This document shows, in pieces, positions 1 to 8,446 of a DNA stretch of 33,723 bases; position 1 is the stretch's first letter; every line of letters starts with the position of its first letter. The stretch is from Candidatus Marinamargulisbacteria bacterium (lineage in GTDB: Bacteria > Margulisbacteria > Marinamargulisbacteria > SXXA01 > JAHFDB01): assembly GCA_964202165.1 (NCBI GenBank), contig CAXNHA010000003.1, positions 1-33,723 on the forward strand, given 5' to 3'. The notes beneath the pieces were generated by a model, which worked only from the letters and a program-made list of their open reading frames with translations, searched no databases and was not told the origin of the DNA. The translations under genes and the position numbers were made by a program.

Positions 1-2
1 GT

Positions 3-308
3 TTGCCAATTAAACCTGTCCAGAACCAGAAACCTGCTCAGCCTATTCAGAAGACAAGCCCGAATAAAGAGAAAAAACCTTTCGAAGAACCTGTCAACAA
101 GAAGCTCACACAACCTTTAAAAGACACAAGTTGGACAGAGTTCAACCCAAATAAGCCACTCCATGTGGAAAAATTGACGCAACAAGCGTCTCCAACCCAA
201 AAAGACGAATGCTCTCCGGATGGCGGGGGTGGGTGTCAGCCTTCTCAAGGCTGTAGTCCAAACGGGGTTTGTACTCCTGAAGGGTATGCTTGTCAACCGG
301 ACAGATAG
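3..308 (+). CDS. Putative RiPP precursor peptide, Cys/Pro-rich C-terminal core (possibly 5'-truncated)
   Basis: Cys-free K/P/Q-rich N-terminal 69 aa, then CSPDGGGG-CQPSQG-CSPNGV-CTPEGYA-CQPDR. Lies directly upstream of a 2OG oxygenase and an rSAM/SPASM gene. The TTG at 3 is at the window edge, so the true start may lie upstream. Confidence 0.75.
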   Translation: MPIKPVQNQKPAQPIQKTSPNKEKKPFEEPVNKKLTQPLKDTSWTEFNPNKPLHVEKLTQQASPTQKDECSPDGGGGCQPSQGCSPNGVCTPEGYACQPDR

Positions 309-848
309 GTGTCAGAAAAGGAGCTCTACCTCCAACATCGGTTTTTCTTTTTCTCAAATCTTTTAGACAAAACCAGCACCCAGCACTTCTTGACTGAATT
401 TCCTTCTTTCTCTTCTCGAAGGGTTGTTTGTGGTGGTGCTGGTGTGTCTTGGGATGAATTTGCAGTACCAGAGGAAAGCCAGTTGTTTCGGTTTTTTCAT
501 TCCGAAAAAATTCTTTCCATTGTCTTTGGCACCGCAGGTATTCCAAGACAAAACTATAAAGCCAGCATTTGGGTCAATCGCTATAAAGAGGGTGAATACA
601 TCAACCCGCACAGAGACAATGGAGGCTCTACCCAGTTGCTGGTCTGTTTGCGTGGAACAGATGAATCCAACGGGGGCGGGCTTTTCTTAGAAGAAAGCAA
701 GGGTGTTGCCCATCATTTGCAACTAAAAGCTGGAGAAGCTGTTTTGTTTGAAGCCACAACGTTAAAACATTGGACAACACCACTTGTCGCCACACCAAAT
801 CATAAAAGTCCAATAAGGGAGGTTGCTGTTGCGCGCTACTACATCTAA
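309..848 (+). CDS. 2OG-Fe(II) oxygenase, prolyl-4-hydroxylase-like
   Basis: VNRYKEGEYINPHRD (HxD, His codon at 609), GGGLFL, GEAVLF, distal His (LKHWT, 768) and 2OG-binding Arg (816). GTG start directly follows the precursor TAG. Confidence 0.85.
   Translation: MSEKELYLQHRFFFFSNLLDKTSTQHFLTEFPSFSSRRVVCGGAGVSWDEFAVPEESQLFRFFHSEKILSIVFGTAGIPRQNYKASIWVNRYKEGEYINPHRDNGGSTQLLVCLRGTDESNGGGLFLEESKGVAHHLQLKAGEAVLFEATTLKHWTTPLVATPNHKSPIREVAVARYYI
815..822 (+). promoter_or_regulatory. Shine-Dalgarno for the radical SAM gene
   Basis: AAGGGAGG lies 6 nt upstream of an in-frame TTG at 829, inside the 3' end of the oxygenase gene. Confidence 0.5.
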
Positions 849-2160
849 TGTCGATTGTTTGTCACACACTATTTTATTAGATCATGCTTATTTTTCATTT
901 TCAGAAGATGTTTACTTGGTGAAGGGGGCTTCCAGGCATTGTATATATGACCTGAAGAATGGGTATTTATACGCCATCAGCGCATTGGCAAAAGACGTAT
1001 CAGATGCATTACACACAAAACCCTATGCTTACAAAGATCTATCAGATGAAGCCAAATCTATTGCAGATTTTTTTCTCGAATCAGGTCTCTTAGAGACTTC
1101 TTCTGCACCTGCAACAATGCAAGACATACTAACCTTAAAAAGAGAGTTTTCACCTTCTTTTTCTTGGATAGAGGTCACTAGAAAATGCAACTTAAAATGT
1201 ACGTTTTGTTATGAAGAGTCTAGTCCAGATTGCTACGAAAAAATGGATTTTGAAGACTTTAAGTTGGCCATAAAGAATCTAAAAGATGTGGGCATTCGCA
1301 ATATCCAATTTATTGGTGGCGAGCCCATGATCCTTGGCGATGAACTCAAAAAGATGATTACCTATTGCCGACAAAACCCAACTGATTTTGATTTTATTGA
1401 GGTGTATACCAACGGGGTCTTTATTCAAACGCATTGGTGTGAATTCTTTAAAGAACATGACATCAGATTGGCCCTGTCTGTGCATTCGTATATCCCTGAA
1501 GAACATGACAAAGTAACCCTAACAAAGGGATCACATGCACGGGTTATACGTGCTATAGATTTGATTCAACGATTTGAAATCCCTTATAGAGTTGGAGCTG
1601 TTCAAACAGCCTCTTGTCAGGTGGGAGAAAAAACAGAAACTACCTCATATACCATTCGGCCAGATAATGTACGTTTGTCTGGTAGAGGAGCCATCTCTCA
1701 ATATAATTTGGACATGTTTAAACAAAAAGCTATTACCAAAGACAAAAAACGCTATCCCATTACAAAGCAACAAGTTGTCCAACATGTATCTGGGCATCAG
1801 TGTTTTATGAAAGACTTGTATATCGGTACTCAGCTTGATGTCTTTCCTTGTGTGATGGAAAGACGATTTTTGTATGGCAATCTCAAAAAAGAGTCGCTAA
1901 AAAAAATCGTGCAGGCAGCAACAACGAGATACTTATCAAAAGATAGTATTGATGGGTGTAAAAGCTGTGAATATCGTTATGGATGTTTTGATTGTAGACC
2001 AGATGCCAATGGGTTGGGCGAATTTCAAAAACCTTGGTTTTGCTCTTACGACCCCTACACAGGAGAATGGTCTGATTTGGAGGAGATGTTTAGCAACTTG
2101 CAACAAGGCATCTATCACGCTTCTGTCTACAAATCTTCTCCAGTACTTGCTCTGTCATGA
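829..2160 (+). CDS. Radical SAM/SPASM domain peptide maturase with probable N-terminal RRE
   Basis: CNLKCTFC (CxxxCxxC, 1186-1209), GGEP, YTNG. SPASM cysteines C-x15-C...CKSCEYRYGCFDC...WFCSYDPYTGEW. About 110-aa N-terminal extension (VKGASRHCIYDLKNG). The ORF track starts at 823; 829 is preferred because of SD spacing. Confidence 0.9.
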   Translation: MRATTSNVDCLSHTILLDHAYFSFSEDVYLVKGASRHCIYDLKNGYLYAISALAKDVSDALHTKPYAYKDLSDEAKSIADFFLESGLLETSSAPATMQDILTLKREFSPSFSWIEVTRKCNLKCTFCYEESSPDCYEKMDFEDFKLAIKNLKDVGIRNIQFIGGEPMILGDELKKMITYCRQNPTDFDFIEVYTNGVFIQTHWCEFFKEHDIRLALSVHSYIPEEHDKVTLTKGSHARVIRAIDLIQRFEIPYRVGAVQTASCQVGEKTETTSYTIRPDNVRLSGRGAISQYNLDMFKQKAITKDKKRYPITKQQVVQHVSGHQCFMKDLYIGTQLDVFPCVMERRFLYGNLKKESLKKIVQAATTRYLSKDSIDGCKSCEYRYGCFDCRPDANGLGEFQKPWFCSYDPYTGEWSDLEEMFSNLQQGIYHASVYKSSPVLALS

Positions 2161-3878
2161 TTTCTGGAGTTACGTCCCTTTCTTTTCAAAAACAAAAAAA
2201 AGTCATTCAAAAAGATGTCACCAAAGGACAGGAAGGCCCCCAAGAAAATAAGATCTACAACATCCTAACATTAGCTCGTCTGGAAGATTTAAATATATCC
2301 CAAAAATATCAATCCAAAGATGATTGGGATGCTTATGAGCAGAATAAAAAAAATTCGGATGCACAATTTGTTGCCAAAGATAGGGGCCGGAAAAAAGCCT
2401 ACTTAGGTCTAGACAACTTGAAGGCATTTTCTTCTGACAAGATCGAGCTATTACAATATCCTAAGACTCTCTCAAAAGAATTGCCTAGCTCGGCGTTGTT
2501 TTCTCAAATTGCACGAGGCGTTCGTTTTATGCACCATAATGACATTGTCCACATGGATCTTAAAGAAGGAAACATCTGTTTAAATAGAAAAGGTACGCCA
2601 AAAATTATAGACTTTGGCGTTTCTAAAGATCTAAAAGAACCCTTGGAAAACCAAGGCCCTATTGGCACCAGACATTATCAAAGTCCTGAATTAATTCATG
2701 CTTTTGTTCATAAAAAAATATCGGGGGTTGATTTAAAAAAGGCAGATATTTTTTCGTTGGGGGTTTTATTTTTTAATAGGCTGATCTCCTCAAAAAAAGA
2801 GGAGTCCGAATATCATTTGATCAAGTGTGTTTACCAAGTAGAAAATAAGAACTTGGATCTTTCTTTAAGAAAAAAAAGTGTCTATAAGTGGGTCCAAGAT
2901 ATTGACAACACATGGATAAATGTCTGGAAAGATCCAGATAAACAAGAGGCTTTTCGCAAAATAATATCCCGCGAACTCAAAGCCCATTGCGATATTTTTG
3001 GAAAAGAAGCCATTGAATGTATTGTGCGGATGCTAGACCCCTTGCCTGAAAAACGTCCTTCTTTAGATCAGATTATCGATACCATTTCAAAAAAAATGGA
3101 GCTATTGGATAAAAATATATCAATTGTACAAGATTTTTTGGCACATCCTTGTTTTAAGAAAGCGATCAACAGCCCCACATATCGGTCAAATACGGCAAAA
3201 GAATTATTGGTCAATCTTGGCGAAATAGGATTGAGTAGCTTGACATACCATTCACGCGAAGCGTTGATCTTGGGCAAAGGATTCCAACGGTTTTATCTGA
3301 CCGTTTTTATGAGAAAATTTCGTGAACTTTCCCGTTTATATCCCAGAATCATGCATGCTATTCGCAAAGACTATATCTCAAGTTTGAGCGAAAAAGACAA
3401 AGACGCTTTGCAGATGGCTTTAAAAACAAATGCAAAAAAAGCAAACAAGACGATTCTTTATGATATGTGTCATGGAGCCATTGTGTATGCCATTTTGCAA
3501 TCCGTTAAGCAAGATATGGATTGGCTTCCCTATGCTTTATGTATTGCATCACAGCCCATTATTGACTACCTACGCCTTGAAAAATCGCAGGTGTTTTATG
3601 AAAAAAATCGCCTTCAGCTTAAGAAAAATGATCCTGAGTTATCAAACATGATTGAGTCAAAAGATAAATATAAAATGATGATTGCAGAAAGTTTGCTAAG
3701 CTTTCTCATTAATACTGCTGGAGAGTATATATTTTATCAGATGGTCGACGGCGCGCTTGTTGAAAAAAATGGGGAAAAATCTCTACAAAACGATGCGTGG
3801 ATACATACATACGTGTTGGTGGCTTCGCTTATGTTGCTTTTATTGGGGCATTTTGGATTTGATTCACAAAAGCTATAG
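2157..3878 (+). CDS. Hanks-type Ser/Thr protein kinase with C-terminal helical/hydrophobic region
   Basis: HMDLKEGN catalytic loop, DFG, GTRHYQSPE, ADIFSLG, KRPS. ATGA overlap with the rSAM stop. Hydrophobic C-terminus YVLVASLMLLLLGHFGF. Confidence 0.85.
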   Translation: MISGVTSLSFQKQKKVIQKDVTKGQEGPQENKIYNILTLARLEDLNISQKYQSKDDWDAYEQNKKNSDAQFVAKDRGRKKAYLGLDNLKAFSSDKIELLQYPKTLSKELPSSALFSQIARGVRFMHHNDIVHMDLKEGNICLNRKGTPKIIDFGVSKDLKEPLENQGPIGTRHYQSPELIHAFVHKKISGVDLKKADIFSLGVLFFNRLISSKKEESEYHLIKCVYQVENKNLDLSLRKKSVYKWVQDIDNTWINVWKDPDKQEAFRKIISRELKAHCDIFGKEAIECIVRMLDPLPEKRPSLDQIIDTISKKMELLDKNISIVQDFLAHPCFKKAINSPTYRSNTAKELLVNLGEIGLSSLTYHSREALILGKGFQRFYLTVFMRKFRELSRLYPRIMHAIRKDYISSLSEKDKDALQMALKTNAKKANKTILYDMCHGAIVYAILQSVKQDMDWLPYALCIASQPIIDYLRLEKSQVFYEKNRLQLKKNDPELSNMIESKDKYKMMIAESLLSFLINTAGEYIFYQMVDGALVEKNGEKSLQNDAWIHTYVLVASLMLLLLGHFGFDSQKL

Positions 3879-3900
3879 CATAAAAAATCACAAAAAAACT

Positions 3901-3930
3901 TAGACGGCTCTCTCTAGAATATGCTATGCT
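3901..3930 (+). promoter_or_regulatory. Candidate sigma70 promoter for ftsZ
   Basis: TAGACG (3901-3906), 18-nt spacer, TATGCT (3925-3930) preceded by TGn, in the intergenic region upstream of the SD-supported ftsZ start. Confidence 0.3.
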
Positions 3931-3988
3931 CCTGTCCCAAGCTTTTAAGCACAACTTTTTCAAAAAAGTGACAATTGAGGAGTTACCT

Positions 3989-5191
3989 TTGACACAAGAA
4001 AATCTTCGGAATTATGCCAATATAAAAGTGATGGGAATTGGGGGTGGAGGCGGAAATGCAGTCAATCGCATGATTGCCTCTGGCGTCAAAGGGGTAGAAT
4101 TCTGGACCATTAATACCGACTTGCAATCTCTCAACGTATCGCTATCAGACAATAAACTCCAAATAGGTGCCAAGCTCACAAAAGGACTTGGGGGTGGTGC
4201 AATTCCCATGGTGGGAGAACAGGCTGCAAAAGAGAGCAAAGAAGATATAGAGGCCGCTCTAGAAGGCTCAGACATGGTGTTTGTCACAGCAGGTATGGGG
4301 GGAGGAACAGGGACTGGTGCTGCTCCGGTTGTTGCAAAAATTGCCAAAGAATTGGGCGCTCTTACCATTGGCGTTGTCACAAAACCGTTTAAATTTGAAG
4401 GCCCTGTGAGATCGCGTCAAGCAGAAGAAGGTTTGCGAAAACTAAGAGAGCATGTAGATGCTTTGATTATTATCCCCAATGATAAATTGATGAATGTTGT
4501 CGAAAAAATAACCTCTATGTTGGATGCGTTTCGGTTTGCAGATGATGTGTTGAGGCAAGGGGTTCAGGGTATCGCAGATCTTATTACGGTTCCTGGTCTG
4601 ATCAACTTGGACTTTGCTGATGTACGTACCATCATGATGAATTCAGGTTCAGCTATGATGGGGATGGGACGTGCCAGTGGAGAGGACCGTGCGGTTGTTG
4701 CAGCTACACAGGCCATTTCTTCTCCTTTGCTTGAAGAAACCGTATATGGGGCTACAGGGGTGATCCTCAATATTACCGGCAGTGAAAATTTATCTTTACA
4801 CGAAGTGCATGCAGCAGCTGAGGTGATCTACGCAGCGGTTGATCCTGATGCCAATATCCTATTTGGTTCTGTGGTGGATGAACGCCTAGAAAATGAAATT
4901 ATGATTACGGTTATTGCAACTGGGTTTAAAAATCAAGGTCAAGAAAGTAGTATTCTAAAGCGTCAATTGGCTTTTTCAACCTCAGATCAAGTCCTAGATG
5001 AGGACACCATAGAAGAGGATATCGAGTCTGTCTCTCAAAAAGAAGAAAGACGATCGATTGATCAAGCGCCTGTGTCTCCCTCTTCTTCTCTCACCCAAAC
5101 ACCCACCATTCCATCAGAGTCTATCCCTGATTCTCCTCAACAAGAATTTGATTTGGACGTGCCTGCATTTTTGAGAAACCTCAGCAACTAG
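3989..5191 (+). CDS. ftsZ: Cell division protein FtsZ
   Basis: [23 protein letters not shown] tubulin signature, INLDFAD, C-terminal LDVPAFLR. Start placed at TTG 3989 because GAGGAG lies at 3977-3982 (ORF track gives 3926). Confidence 0.98.
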   Translation: MTQENLRNYANIKVMGIGGGGGNAVNRMIASGVKGVEFWTINTDLQSLNVSLSDNKLQIGAKLTKGLGGGAIPMVGEQAAKESKEDIEAALEGSDMVFVTAGMGGGTGTGAAPVVAKIAKELGALTIGVVTKPFKFEGPVRSRQAEEGLRKLREHVDALIIIPNDKLMNVVEKITSMLDAFRFADDVLRQGVQGIADLITVPGLINLDFADVRTIMMNSGSAMMGMGRASGEDRAVVAATQAISSPLLEETVYGATGVILNITGSENLSLHEVHAAAEVIYAAVDPDANILFGSVVDERLENEIMITVIATGFKNQGQESSILKRQLAFSTSDQVLDEDTIEEDIESVSQKEERRSIDQAPVSPSSSLTQTPTIPSESIPDSPQQEFDLDVPAFLRNLSN

Positions 5192-5198
5192 TTAGCCA

Positions 5199-5507
5199 AT
5201 GCGATGGTCTTTTTGGCTGGCTATTGTTTTTGTCTTTTCTTTTTTTACTACCTGTAGAGCAACTCACATTTTTAAAGATATTCCAGCCCAACATTGGGCG
5301 AGGCAATCTGTAGAAAGATTGGATCATCTTGGGATTACCAGTGGCTACCAAGATGGGACATTTCGGGGTCGAAAATCGCTTTCTAGGTATGAATTGGCCT
5401 TGTATTTGTCCAATCTCGAACACATACAGAGTAAGCAATTGGCCCAACTTTATCAAAAAATTCAAGATCTTCAGTCAGAAATCAATCACTTAAAATCACA
5501 TCCATGA
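5199..5507 (+). CDS. Secreted S-layer homology (SLH) domain protein with short coiled coil
   Basis: Signal peptide, then FKDIPAQHWA...LGITSGYQDGTFRGRKSLSRYELA (SLH consensus), then heptad LYQKIQDLQSEINHL. Confidence 0.85.
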   Translation: MRWSFWLAIVFVFSFFTTCRATHIFKDIPAQHWARQSVERLDHLGITSGYQDGTFRGRKSLSRYELALYLSNLEHIQSKQLAQLYQKIQDLQSEINHLKSHP

Positions 5508-6691
5508 CAGATTCTTTTGAAGAATGGCTCCATCAAAAAACCCATTCCCTATCGGATCCATCTCTCAGACGAACCTTGCACCCTATTTGCCATCAACAAG
5601 GGTCTCTTATTCGTCTCAATGACACCTCTTATATATCGTTTACTTCCAACGATTATCTTGGATTGTCGCAACACGAAGATGTGTTGCAATCCTATCGTGA
5701 CGGCATTGCCAGATGGGGGGCGGGATCCGGCGGTTCGCGTGTTTTGGGTGGCGATCGGGAGGTGTTTCATATCTTGGAATCAAGACTGGCCTCTCTTACC
5801 GGCCAAGAATCGGCCTTGGTATTTAACAGTGGTTATCAAGCCAATGTGGGTATTGTGTCGGCATTGCTTACAGAAAAAGATGTGATTTATGCAGATAAAA
5901 AAATCCATGCCAGTATCTTGGATGGTGCAAGACTATCCAAAGCAAAGTTGTACCGATTTGCTCACCACAATACAACCCATCTCAAAGAGATACTTACAAA
6001 AACAAGGGATCTCTATGCCAATGCCCTTATTGTCACCGAGTCTGTGTTTAGCATGGATGGCGATTTTTGTGATATTCAAGAGCTTGTTCATCTAAAAGAG
6101 GCGTTTCAAACATGGCTCATGATTGACGAAGCCCATGCATTTGGGATTTATGGCAAGCGGTATCAGGGTAGAATAGACTGCACCCAATGGGCAAAATCTG
6201 TCGACGTGACAGTGGGTGCTTTTGGAAAAGCTGTTGGTACCTGCGGGGGATTTGTATCTGGAACAAGGCTTCTCAAAGAATGGCTTATTCAAGCTTGCCG
6301 GAGTTTTTTGTTTTCCACTGCGTATTGCCCAGCCATTGCCGCTGCAACACTGACGAGCTTGGATATCCTTGCACCAGGAGACTTGCAAGGGCAGTTGGCG
6401 ATAAGAGTAGCCTCGTTCAAAGAACAACTCACCCTAAACAAAATCCCATTCTTAGGTCAATCTCATATCATTGGGGTTGTGATAGGGGATGAGCAAGAGG
6501 CCATGGATGTTGCACAGTATTTTCAAAACAATGGGCTTTGGGTACAAGCCATCCGACATCCTACAGTTGCCAAGGGGGAAGCGCGCTTGCGTTTGGTTAT
6601 TACAGCCATGCATACCCAAGATATGATAGATCGGCTCATAACGATTTTATGTTCACCCTATGTTCGTGAAAAAATTCGTTTCATTGCATAA
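5504..6691 (+). CDS. bioF: 8-amino-7-oxononanoate synthase
   Basis: SNDYLGL, GSGGSR, SGYQAN, HASILDG, ESVFSMDGD, DEAH, FGKA (PLP lysine), IRHPTV..GEARLR. Confidence 0.88.
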   Translation: MTDSFEEWLHQKTHSLSDPSLRRTLHPICHQQGSLIRLNDTSYISFTSNDYLGLSQHEDVLQSYRDGIARWGAGSGGSRVLGGDREVFHILESRLASLTGQESALVFNSGYQANVGIVSALLTEKDVIYADKKIHASILDGARLSKAKLYRFAHHNTTHLKEILTKTRDLYANALIVTESVFSMDGDFCDIQELVHLKEAFQTWLMIDEAHAFGIYGKRYQGRIDCTQWAKSVDVTVGAFGKAVGTCGGFVSGTRLLKEWLIQACRSFLFSTAYCPAIAAATLTSLDILAPGDLQGQLAIRVASFKEQLTLNKIPFLGQSHIIGVVIGDEQEAMDVAQYFQNNGLWVQAIRHPTVAKGEARLRLVITAMHTQDMIDRLITILCSPYVREKIRFIA

Positions 6692-6750
6692 ATTTTCATG
6701 CAAGTTTAAACAAAAACCCCACGATAGTCTCTGTATAAAAAGAGATTATC

Positions 6751-7377
6751 ATGCCAAACACATCTTTATTTTTTTATAGCCGACACCTTCTTCTCCTAGG
6801 GATGGTGCTCTATTGCGCCACTTTTCTTGTTGCAGAAGACTTGGTCATTCTAAAAAACGGGCAACCCGCTATCACCAACAATGGTGCCGGCATACCCGAG
6901 TATGCAAGCCCCACGACACTCGCTCAAGATGCCCTTTCTGGTTTACCTGACATTTATGTACGTTCTTATTCTTTTAGAGGCACACTCACTTCCATGGAAA
7001 CACTGATTGCAAACGGTTTGAACACAGCGGATCAAGGGAATACCTTGCAAGAGCTCAAAGTGCTCGGTAGCCCTCTGTGTTATCCAAGCCCTTTTAGGCC
7101 TGCGTATGGCACAGAGCTTCGTTTTACCATGAACCGTGATGCGGAAGTGCAGATTAGAATTTATGACATGGCAGCAACTCAAGTGTATCAAGGAAATTTT
7201 CCAAAAGGGGGGGTGTTTAGCCCCTCTCCATCAGATCGTCTGGGTGTACTTGGCATCAATAGCCTCAAAATTAGCCAAGCGTTGTTGGGGTCCGATATGT
7301 CAGCAGGTGTCTATTTTGTGTTGATCATGAGCGATGGAAAAATATTGGCAAAAACAAAAGTGGCGGTCATACCATGA
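6751..7377 (+). CDS. Small secreted protein with T9SS type A sorting domain-like C-terminus
   Basis: Signal peptide. YPSPF...VQIRIYDMAA...MSAGVYFVLI...KTKVAVIP resembles the Por secretion tail (YPNP...IYD..G...GVYF...K). Confidence 0.7.
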   Translation: MPNTSLFFYSRHLLLLGMVLYCATFLVAEDLVILKNGQPAITNNGAGIPEYASPTTLAQDALSGLPDIYVRSYSFRGTLTSMETLIANGLNTADQGNTLQELKVLGSPLCYPSPFRPAYGTELRFTMNRDAEVQIRIYDMAATQVYQGNFPKGGVFSPSPSDRLGVLGINSLKISQALLGSDMSAGVYFVLIMSDGKILAKTKVAVIP

Positions 7378-8429
7378 GATACTTTATTCTTATCTATCTA
7401 TTTCTGTTTTGCTTGAGCGGGACTGCATTGGCTCAAGCCAATTACTTTTCCCCCGCTGACATTGGGACAGCCGCTGGGACCATTGCAAAAGGAAACATCG
7501 TGGGATTTAGCAAGTTATCCAACTCTGTTTTTGACAATCCAGCTGCATTGTATCGGGTTGGAAAATTATCAGCCTCTGTTTTTGCTACCACGTTTATGGA
7601 GGAAGTGGATTATAAGAGCCTATCTGTTGCCATGCGAACCCCCATCGGGGTCATAGGATTGGGATATATGTCTGCAGGGGTTGTTGGCATTCCTAAAACA
7701 GCCAAACATATCTACAACTCTGATCCATCTGGACAAGACTATGATTTTGTTCAAATTGATACCTATTCTTACCAAAACACAATGATTAAAGCAGCCTATG
7801 AATGGTCTCAAAATAAACTGTTACACTGGGGCTTTGCTGCTACGTACTACAATACTGTTGTGGATACCTATGTCGCCAGCGGGATCAATGCAGATGTTGG
7901 ACTATCCATTGATTTTGGTAGCTTAAATGCCAGCATCGTACTGCGCAACATTATTCCTGGCCTAAAAATGCAATACCGCTCAACAACAACATCCAAAAAA
8001 CCATCTGACAATGTGGTCCAAGATCCCAGCAATCAATATGCAAATGAGGTTGTTCCGGTTAATCCAAACGATTCTTCCAAGGGATATTATGATGATTATG
8101 GAACACAAACAGAAAAGCTCCCCCTAGAAACGATTTATGGGGTACAATACCGCTGGACAGATTTTAAGTTTTTGGGACAAGTTCATATGTCTGATACCAA
8201 TCGAAATCTATTAAAATCTTTTGGGATGTCTTATCGACCCTCTCTTTTATCGCTCGTTGAGTTTTCAGGAGGCTATCGAGATTTTTTGGCCGGCAAAGAT
8301 GTAAAATCTAGCATAACCGTAGGATTGGGACTGAACTTGGCAGGAATAAATTTTGATTATGCTTATGAAACCAGCTCCCACCCTCAATACAATGGAAAAC
8401 ATTATTTTTCATTGGGACTTTCTTTGTAA
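7374..8429 (+). CDS. PorV/PorQ-like outer-membrane beta-barrel protein
   Basis: Signal peptide, N-terminal SVFDNPAAL, amphipathic strands, C-terminal FDYAY...HYFSLGLSL. ATGA overlap with the CTD-like gene. Confidence 0.65.
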   Translation: MRYFILIYLFLFCLSGTALAQANYFSPADIGTAAGTIAKGNIVGFSKLSNSVFDNPAALYRVGKLSASVFATTFMEEVDYKSLSVAMRTPIGVIGLGYMSAGVVGIPKTAKHIYNSDPSGQDYDFVQIDTYSYQNTMIKAAYEWSQNKLLHWGFAATYYNTVVDTYVASGINADVGLSIDFGSLNASIVLRNIIPGLKMQYRSTTTSKKPSDNVVQDPSNQYANEVVPVNPNDSSKGYYDDYGTQTEKLPLETIYGVQYRWTDFKFLGQVHMSDTNRNLLKSFGMSYRPSLLSLVEFSGGYRDFLAGKDVKSSITVGLGLNLAGINFDYAYETSSHPQYNGKHYFSLGLSL

Positions 8430-8446
8430 CCATGAATTGATTTGTT

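Noticed and set aside
210-305. Metallothionein or ferredoxin interpretation of the Cys-rich tail
   Set aside because: No CxC/CC or CxxC spacing, and the gene context favours a modification substrate. Metal binding is not strictly excluded.
142-546. 134-aa minus-strand ORF over the precursor/oxygenase junction
   Set aside because: No motifs, and antisense to two genes with coherent features.
3926-3988. N-terminal extension of FtsZ from ATG 3926
   Set aside because: A good SD precedes TTG 3989, and the extension overlaps the candidate -10 element.
4012-4770. Antisense ORFs within ftsZ
   Set aside because: Typical shadow ORFs of a conserved gene.
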